This document shows positions 58,881 through 64,000 of a DNA stretch of 64,000 nt, one piece after another. The notes beneath the pieces were generated by a model. The model worked only from the letters and a program-made list of their open reading frames with translations, was not told where the DNA came from and made no database searches. A program made the position numbers and the translations under genes. Position 1 is the stretch's first letter; each line of letters begins with the position of its first letter. The stretch spans positions 42,371 to 106,370 of IMG/VR virus record IMGVR_UViG_3300045431_000601; one strand, given 5' to 3'. The DNA is from a virus.

Positions 58881-59776
58881 GCATCCTTTACTATTTTACA
58901 GTTTTCATAAAATCCTTTGTTATTCTTTGAATTCGTGCCAAAACCTTCTCCTGTTTCGCTATTTGCTATGTTAATTTGGCAATTAGAAAAAGCTCCTTCT
59001 AGATTCTCAGCTGCATATCCAAAGCTATAATTTTTAGCAGAACAATTTTTAAAAACGCCTTTGACGTTTTCTGTATAGGAACCAAAAGAACCAAAATTCG
59101 CTACTGTACAATTTTCATAATACCCCAAGCAAGACTTTAAGACAGCTCCAAACGAAAATTGAGTATTTGATGTGCAATTTATATATGTGCTTGAATCTTT
59201 TATTGATTGTCCAATTTCTAACGCTAAAATCTGTTCGTTTCTGCTGATGAAATCTACGTCTATTAATCTATGACTAGCATCAGATTTAGAAAACTTATAA
59301 GCGCAAGGATTAACGCTAAAGCTTCTCCAAACGCTAGCAGCTATAGGCGCAAATACAGAAGAATTTGAAGCCAGAGCAGGATTAGTATAATATTTATCAT
59401 AGTTTTCAATCTCAAGATTTTGAATTGTGATTGAATTTCTAGATTGATTATTTACTGTCGCACTGTCAAAACTATTAACTCTACTTCTGATAATGGGTTT
59501 GAAATCACCATCTGCTCCAATAAGGTGTATATTGCCCATTAAGGCGAAGCTTCTTATGCTTAAATCATATATTCCTGGCTCTATTATCAAATATCCTTCT
59601 ACTTCAGAAGAAAGCCTTTCGTATAATTCATCGTAAGCTTTTAATAAATTTGTTCCATTCGCAAAATTATTAGAAGATGCTACTACTCTATTGCTTTTTT
59701 CTTTTTCTAATTTTGAAACGTTAATTGATCTTTGCATTGTTAGGTTACTCCAGCTACTATCGATGTTATAATCCAT
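58877..59776 (-). CDS. Putative right-handed beta-helix (pectin lyase-like) protein
   Basis: LIIEPGIYDL then repeated G-x-[FY]-x-NC...SFG units. Confidence 0.6.
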   Translation of the reverse strand: MDYNIDSSWSNLTMQRSINVSKLEKEKSNRVVASSNNFANGTNLLKAYDELYERLSSEVEGYLIIEPGIYDLSIRSFALMGNIHLIGADGDFKPIIRSRVNSFDSATVNNQSRNSITIQNLEIENYDKYYTNPALASNSSVFAPIAASVWRSFSVNPCAYKFSKSDASHRLIDVDFISRNEQILALEIGQSIKDSSTYINCTSNTQFSFGAVLKSCLGYYENCTVANFGSFGSYTENVKGVFKNCSAKNYSFGYAAENLEGAFSNCQINIANSETGEGFGTNSKNNKGFYENCKIVKDA

Positions 59777-60138
59777 CCAGAATATTTCTCAGAATCTACT
59801 CCATATAGTTCGATTGATTCTCCTGGATAAACAAAAATTTCATCATTTTTATTATCTATAAGGCTTTGCGGGTCTAATAACACAGGACTAGTACCAAGGT
59901 TTTTTATAAAAATTTCAGCTTTATCTAAATGATTTGGTATTACGGCAGATATTGCTCCGCCCCGAGGAATACATAAACTTATTTCATTTAATTTAACTAT
60001 AAAGTTATTGGTATATATTGAATAAGAGAGATCTCCTAAAGAATTTCCAAAAGTTAGATTTTCTAAACGAATAATGTTTTCTTCTAAATCTATATAAAAT
60101 TTTTTATTTCCAGAATTAAATATGCTATACTGACTCAT
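59740..60138 (-). CDS. Hypothetical protein (fibre-tip-like)
   Basis: IFIKNLG...VYPGESIEL...W pattern. Confidence 0.6.
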   Translation of the reverse strand: MSQYSIFNSGNKKFYIDLEENIIRLENLTFGNSLGDLSYSIYTNNFIVKLNEISLCIPRGGAISAVIPNHLDKAEIFIKNLGTSPVLLDPQSLIDNKNDEIFVYPGESIELYGVDSEKYSGWIITSIVAGVT

Positions 60139-60155
60139 AATATGTAATACTTAAA

Positions 60156-60161
60156 TTACAC
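60156..60161 (-). promoter_or_regulatory. Putative late promoter core GTGTAA
   Basis: 17 nt upstream of ATG 60138; forms the Val-stop of the upstream gene. Confidence 0.65.
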
Positions 60162-61037
60162 TAAAAAAAGATCCCGATTTATAGATAAATCATATGGATT
60201 TAAAGATAACCTTCTATTTATATTATCTACAATCTCCGGATTCCCTTTCAAGCCTAATAGATGCGTGTATTTGTAATTTTTAGCCCCTTCGTAGTCATCT
60301 GTCCCTTTTAGCAAGGTATGAATTGTTTTCTTATTAATGTGAGCATATACGCCTAAAGTAAATTGCTCATAAATAACGGCTAAAATAGTATTAAAATCAC
60401 ATTCTGCAAAATCATAATTATTAAGTTTATTCTTATTAACTTTCCAAAAACTGTAATAATTTTTATTGTTAATAATATCTATAGAATATCTTACATATTC
60501 TTTAAAAAATTCTAAATCATATCCGCCTATTATTCCAACATTATAAGCAAAGGTTTGGCTTCTTGGTAACTCTATAAAAGCTTTCCATTCCTTTGGAATT
60601 TGATCAGAATTTAAATCACTTAAATAGTCTACTCTATATGCAGGATAAAATTTCAAATTTTTATCTTGACTATTTGGATAGGAAAAATGCTCCTTATTTT
60701 GAACGAAAATGCCTTTACTAGTTAAATCTTCTGGAAGTTTTTCCCATAAAAAAACATCAGAATCTATGTGCAAAAAAGGTTCATTTTGATGAGCTATAAA
60801 ATCATATGCTAAAAGCTTCCCTATTGACCATATGTGATCTTGATCCTCTCTAATTCTTAAAATAGGAAAAATTTTTTTAAACGGTAATTTCCCTAATAAT
60901 TTTAAATAAAATTTATCACAAATTAAATAGACATTATAATAATTTTTATTTGCTAACGCTAAAGAGAGCTTCCAGAAAATTAATTCATCTTTATTAGGAT
61001 TTCTGTTAGACTTATAAGCGGTCATATACACTTGCAT
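60156..61037 (-). CDS. DxD-motif GT-A-like protein (DUF6734-like)
   Basis: WSIGKL, PFLHIDSDVFLW, YNVGIIGG, YEQ, YTHLLG. Confidence 0.6.
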   Translation of the reverse strand: MQVYMTAYKSNRNPNKDELIFWKLSLALANKNYYNVYLICDKFYLKLLGKLPFKKIFPILRIREDQDHIWSIGKLLAYDFIAHQNEPFLHIDSDVFLWEKLPEDLTSKGIFVQNKEHFSYPNSQDKNLKFYPAYRVDYLSDLNSDQIPKEWKAFIELPRSQTFAYNVGIIGGYDLEFFKEYVRYSIDIINNKNYYSFWKVNKNKLNNYDFAECDFNTILAVIYEQFTLGVYAHINKKTIHTLLKGTDDYEGAKNYKYTHLLGLKGNPEIVDNINRRLSLNPYDLSINRDLFLV

Positions 61038-61049
61038 AATAATATTATG

Positions 61050-61754
61050 TTATAATGTATTATTTTTATCAAAAAAATCTTTAATTATTCTATCTGTCTC
61101 TTTTATGGTTTCGATTGGGTTGACTACTACATTCGCTAAAGACTCTTCTATTATTTTAGCCTCCGCATCTCTCCTGCGCGACATGCCTTTTTCTATAGCT
61201 CCACCAATCCATATCCTTTTCATTCTTCTTATTTGATCAGCTATTTGAGCTAGAGTTTTTTCGTCAAAATATTGAGTTCTTGCCATAATATCTCTAATCA
61301 CTTTCATTTCTCTTCTTCTTTCTCCTTCTAAAGCTGCACCTCTATTAAACACAAGGCTCACTAATCCGCCTTTAGCGTCTTCTGGGAGTTTATTAAAATT
61401 TGGGAAAGTATTTTGAGTCAAATCATAAAATTTTTTTACTGTTTTATTCATAAATACTTTTATAGCTAATTCCCAAGGGATAGTTATATCTTTTAGCCTT
61501 CGAGCAAGCTCCTTCGCTTGATAGCCTTTGGCTCCAACAACTCGATATAATCTATCAAAAACTTCTTTCGGAAGATCTTTCCAATCGTTACTAAATTCTG
61601 TTTTATTTACGTACCCAATATCATAACCAACACCAATCGTGACTCCGCTTTGCTCTCCTGGCCAAACTGGATTTTTTAAAAATTTATTATAATAATTTTC
61701 GCCCCCGCCGACTTCAAAATCAAATATAAGTTTAAGAGATCTATCGTTTAACAT
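61050..61754 (-). CDS. Endolysin, lysozyme-like (GH24/pesticin-type muramidase)
   Basis: FEVG, SGVTIGVGYDIG, LVSLVFNRG, GMSRRRDAEA. Confidence 0.88.
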   Translation of the reverse strand: MLNDRSLKLIFDFEVGGGENYYNKFLKNPVWPGEQSGVTIGVGYDIGYVNKTEFSNDWKDLPKEVFDRLYRVVGAKGYQAKELARRLKDITIPWELAIKVFMNKTVKKFYDLTQNTFPNFNKLPEDAKGGLVSLVFNRGAALEGERRREMKVIRDIMARTQYFDEKTLAQIADQIRRMKRIWIGGAIEKGMSRRRDAEAKIIEESLANVVVNPIETIKETDRIIKDFFDKNNTL

Positions 61755-62170
61755 TAATTATTTATTTTATCTATTGTTTTATCGATTATGTTATCTGCTG
61801 GAACTTTTTCTTTTAGCCAAGAGTTCATTACTCCGAAATAAACAAGATGCTCATTATCAATAAGAAAAAGATCATTGCCGTATCGGTCTTTGTATGGTGT
61901 TATTCCAGCATTCTCAACTAGTTCAATAGCCTTTTCTTTTTTAAATTTAATTTTGTACATTTCGATCAATTTATTATAGCGATCTTTTGCCCGAGATGTT
62001 ATCACTGCTCCATCTTCAAGTATAGCAATTAATCCTCCGTTATCTTTGTTGTAATTACTTGGCGTAGAAGAATCAAAAGACGCAACATCATCTTGTATTT
62101 TATCTGGTGTTACGGTAGCGCAACCGACAAGAAGAAAATTAAGAACCAATACGTTTGCGAATTTTTTCAA
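61754..62170 (-). CDS. Lipoprotein, putative o-spanin
   Basis: Signal peptide with lipobox LVGC; overlaps upstream small gene by 32 bp. Confidence 0.6.
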   Translation of the reverse strand: MKKFANVLVLNFLLVGCATVTPDKIQDDVASFDSSTPSNYNKDNGGLIAILEDGAVITSRAKDRYNKLIEMYKIKFKKEKAIELVENAGITPYKDRYGNDLFLIDNEHLVYFGVMNSWLKEKVPADNIIDKTIDKINN

Positions 62171-62339
62171 GATCTTTATCCTTAATCTCTTTTTCTATTT
62201 CATTTTGATGTTCAACTTCTTTTCGAGCTTGTTCGCGCTCTTTCATTTCTTTGGTATTTTTTGCGCCAAAAAGATTATTAATTGCTGAAAATATTCCAGA
62301 AATCGCACTAAGAAAAGCTTGTATAATTCCTGTTGGCAT
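62139..62339 (-). CDS. Putative i-spanin
   Basis: N-terminal hydrophobic helix plus charged coiled coil. Confidence 0.5.
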   Translation of the reverse strand: MPTGIIQAFLSAISGIFSAINNLFGAKNTKEMKEREQARKEVEHQNEIEKEIKDKDLEKIRKRIGS

Positions 62340-62798
62340 TTAATTTACATACTCAGCTGTTGCATCTTTACATCCAGAAGCAATAGCGTTAAGAACTTTT
62401 ATAGCAAGAGCCGCATCTCCATTGATTTTATTAAATTGAGCAGCATAAATATCTTTAACTGTAATAATATATTTTGCCCAATGAGTTTTTTCAGTTGGAA
62501 GATAATCCATAAGAGCTTTTTGTAATTGATCTGGAGTTGGAGTTTGTCCGATTGTTAAACTTTCAACTACAGTGGCAACATTATTAATCATTTTAGCTTT
62601 CTCAATACGATCTTGTGGGGAAAGAGCCTGTTCAAGCACCACTGTACAAGCAAGAATAACTGCTGGTTTAATATAAGGCAAAGCATTTTCTACCGCAGTT
62701 GTTCCACCAATCTGATTTCCTCCTCCAGTATTTGTTGTAGAGCAACCAATAACAAAAGCACTCATAAGTGCAATAGCGATTATATTTAATTTATTCAT
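62340..62798 (-). CDS. Lipoprotein of unknown function
   Basis: Lipobox VIGC, Gly/Thr linker, helical body with two further Cys. Confidence 0.7.
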   Translation of the reverse strand: MNKLNIIAIALMSAFVIGCSTTNTGGGNQIGGTTAVENALPYIKPAVILACTVVLEQALSPQDRIEKAKMINNVATVVESLTIGQTPTPDQLQKALMDYLPTEKTHWAKYIITVKDIYAAQFNKINGDAALAIKVLNAIASGCKDATAEYVN

Positions 62799-63112
62799 AA
62801 GTTTTTCTTTCCAGCTTTTTGAGCTAAATTTCTTTGTATTCTCTGTACTCTTTTTTCTGCCTCAACTGTTTGAGGAATATTTCCTCCTGTTACATGACTG
62901 TCTTTAACAACAAGAGCGAAAATTATTCCAGCAACAATTGCTACTAATTTAGAAATTCCAAGTACATAAGCTTCTATATTGTCTGGTAAAAAGGCTACTA
63001 AAGAATTATCGCTATGAATAGCAAAAGCTGTTGCAACAGAAATTACTGTTATTATTCCAGATGTACTTGAACGCCAATTTGGACCAAATAATTTATATAA
63101 CATATTACTCAT
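62795..63112 (-). CDS. Putative holin
   Basis: NWRSS..G, two hydrophobic segments, basic C-terminus. Confidence 0.65.
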   Translation of the reverse strand: MSNMLYKLFGPNWRSSTSGIITVISVATAFAIHSDNSLVAFLPDNIEAYVLGISKLVAIVAGIIFALVVKDSHVTGGNIPQTVEAEKRVQRIQRNLAQKAGKKNL

Positions 63113-63118
63113 ATATAC

Positions 63119-63124
63119 TTACAC
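63119..63124 (-). promoter_or_regulatory. Putative late promoter core GTGTAA (lysis operon)
   Basis: 6 nt upstream of holin ATG. Confidence 0.7.
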
Positions 63125-63164
63125 TATATTATAAGTCTAATAGTAAAAAATCTAATAAATTAAA

Positions 63165-64000
63165 TTAGTATTCTAAAGCTAAGACTGGACCATTTAATGT
63201 AGTATTTGTATTTGTAGAATAACTAAATTCATTAATATTTACTTTTATATCGCCATTGCCAATAATTTCATAAGGTACGACATTAGATACAGTCGTGCTT
63301 GTAGCGTTGCCTATAAAAACATTATAACTTGTTTCAAGTCCGTAATCTCTCATTTTAGAGTTAGACATAGATCTAAATGTCAGAGACACATTATTTGATC
63401 CGGTCACAGCAGAAGATAAAATATAAAAACCTTGGGTTAGAGTTGGAATTGAAGAAGTCGGAGTTCTATGTATTCCTAGGCCGGTAGTTAAAACTGATCC
63501 ACTCCAAAATAAAGGCGCGTTCGCAATACCATTATTTCCAGAATATATACCTAATCTCACGGAGACAGCAGGAGTACTATTTGTTGTAACTTCATAACAT
63601 AATCTTGGATTGATGGCGTTTTTTCTTACATATATAGGAAAATAAAATTGATAGAAGCTAGCGGCATTAACACTTGTAAATGTAGTTAAAATATCTGGAA
63701 AATAAATTCTTCTGCTCGTGTCAGGTGGAAACGGAGGAACAACGCTATCTGATGATAAAAGAACATTGACATTATTGACCTGAGGTCGAATAGTAAAATT
63801 TTTAGTTCCACTAATCGTTTGGTCCCCAGTATTGTAAACTATATTTGGCGAAAAAATTCCGGTAGCAAAAGTCTTAGTTCCACTAATCGTTTGGTCCCCA
63901 GTATTGTAAACTATATTTGGCGAAAAAATTCCGGTAGCAAAAGTCTTAGTTCCACTAATCGTTTGGTCCCCAGTATTGTAAACTATATTTGGCGAAAAAA
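63165..64000 (-). CDS. Fibre-like protein, C-terminal part (5' end outside window)
   Basis: Frame stays open from 63165 to the window end; contains NIVYNTGDQTISGTKTF repeats; ORF-track start at 63560 is internal. Confidence 0.85.
   Translation of the reverse strand, partial: FSPNIVYNTGDQTISGTKTFATGIFSPNIVYNTGDQTISGTKTFATGIFSPNIVYNTGDQTISGTKNFTIRPQVNNVNVLLSSDSVVPPFPPDTSRRIYFPDILTTFTSVNAASFYQFYFPIYVRKNAINPRLCYEVTTNSTPAVSVRLGIYSGNNGIANAPLFWSGSVLTTGLGIHRTPTSSIPTLTQGFYILSSAVTGSNNVSLTFRSMSNSKMRDYGLETSYNVFIGNATSTTVSNVVPYEIIGNGDIKVNINEFSYSTNTNTTLNGPVLALEY
63802..64000. repeat. Perfect 72-bp coding tandem repeat, >=2.7 copies
   Basis: Units start at 63802, 63874 and 63946. Confidence 0.95.

Noticed and set aside
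63802-64000. CRISPR array (also considered for the 33-, 36- and 12-bp repeats)
   Set aside because: Repeats are contiguous with no unique spacers and are in-frame coding; the Cas4-like nuclease has no cas neighbours.
1-64000. tRNA/rRNA genes, integrase, transposase, stop-codon reassignment
   Set aside because: None recognised; standard-code ORFs tile both blocks densely.

Overview
A 64-kb, AT-rich segment of a large tailed dsDNA phage (Caudoviricetes). No sheath gene is visible, so the tail is probably long and non-contractile. Lipoprotein and spanin-like lysis genes point to a diderm host. 1-12310 (+) is a replication module: partial DnaB, ThyX, primase, PD-(D/E)XK nuclease, a Pol III alpha split into PHP and catalytic genes around a DnaQ-like exonuclease, a putative Whirly-like SSB, glycosyltransferases, a methyltransferase and a Rad52-like annealing protein. 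It uses sigma70-type, apparently leaderless promoters. 12313-64000 (-) is the late region: two collagen-like fibres, tail-tip proteins, a 2191-aa tape measure, chaperones, tail tube, neck, capsid, decoration, protease/scaffold, a ~15-kb array of Ig-like/Cys-rich proteins, a DxD glycosyltransferase-like gene, a lysis cassette and a truncated repeat-containing fibre. Most notable: (1) a recurring RTGTAA late-promoter motif; (2) strong [S/T]-G enrichment in virion proteins plus several glycosyltransferases, a candidate virion glycosylation system; (3) Ig-like repeats with Cys-rich loop insertions; (4) a tape measure with IPNF-delimited modules including a nuclease-like domain; (5) an 80% GC, G-quadruplex-like island behind a 7-bp repeat at the tail-tube stop. 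All family calls are by-eye motif recognition; no database searches were run.
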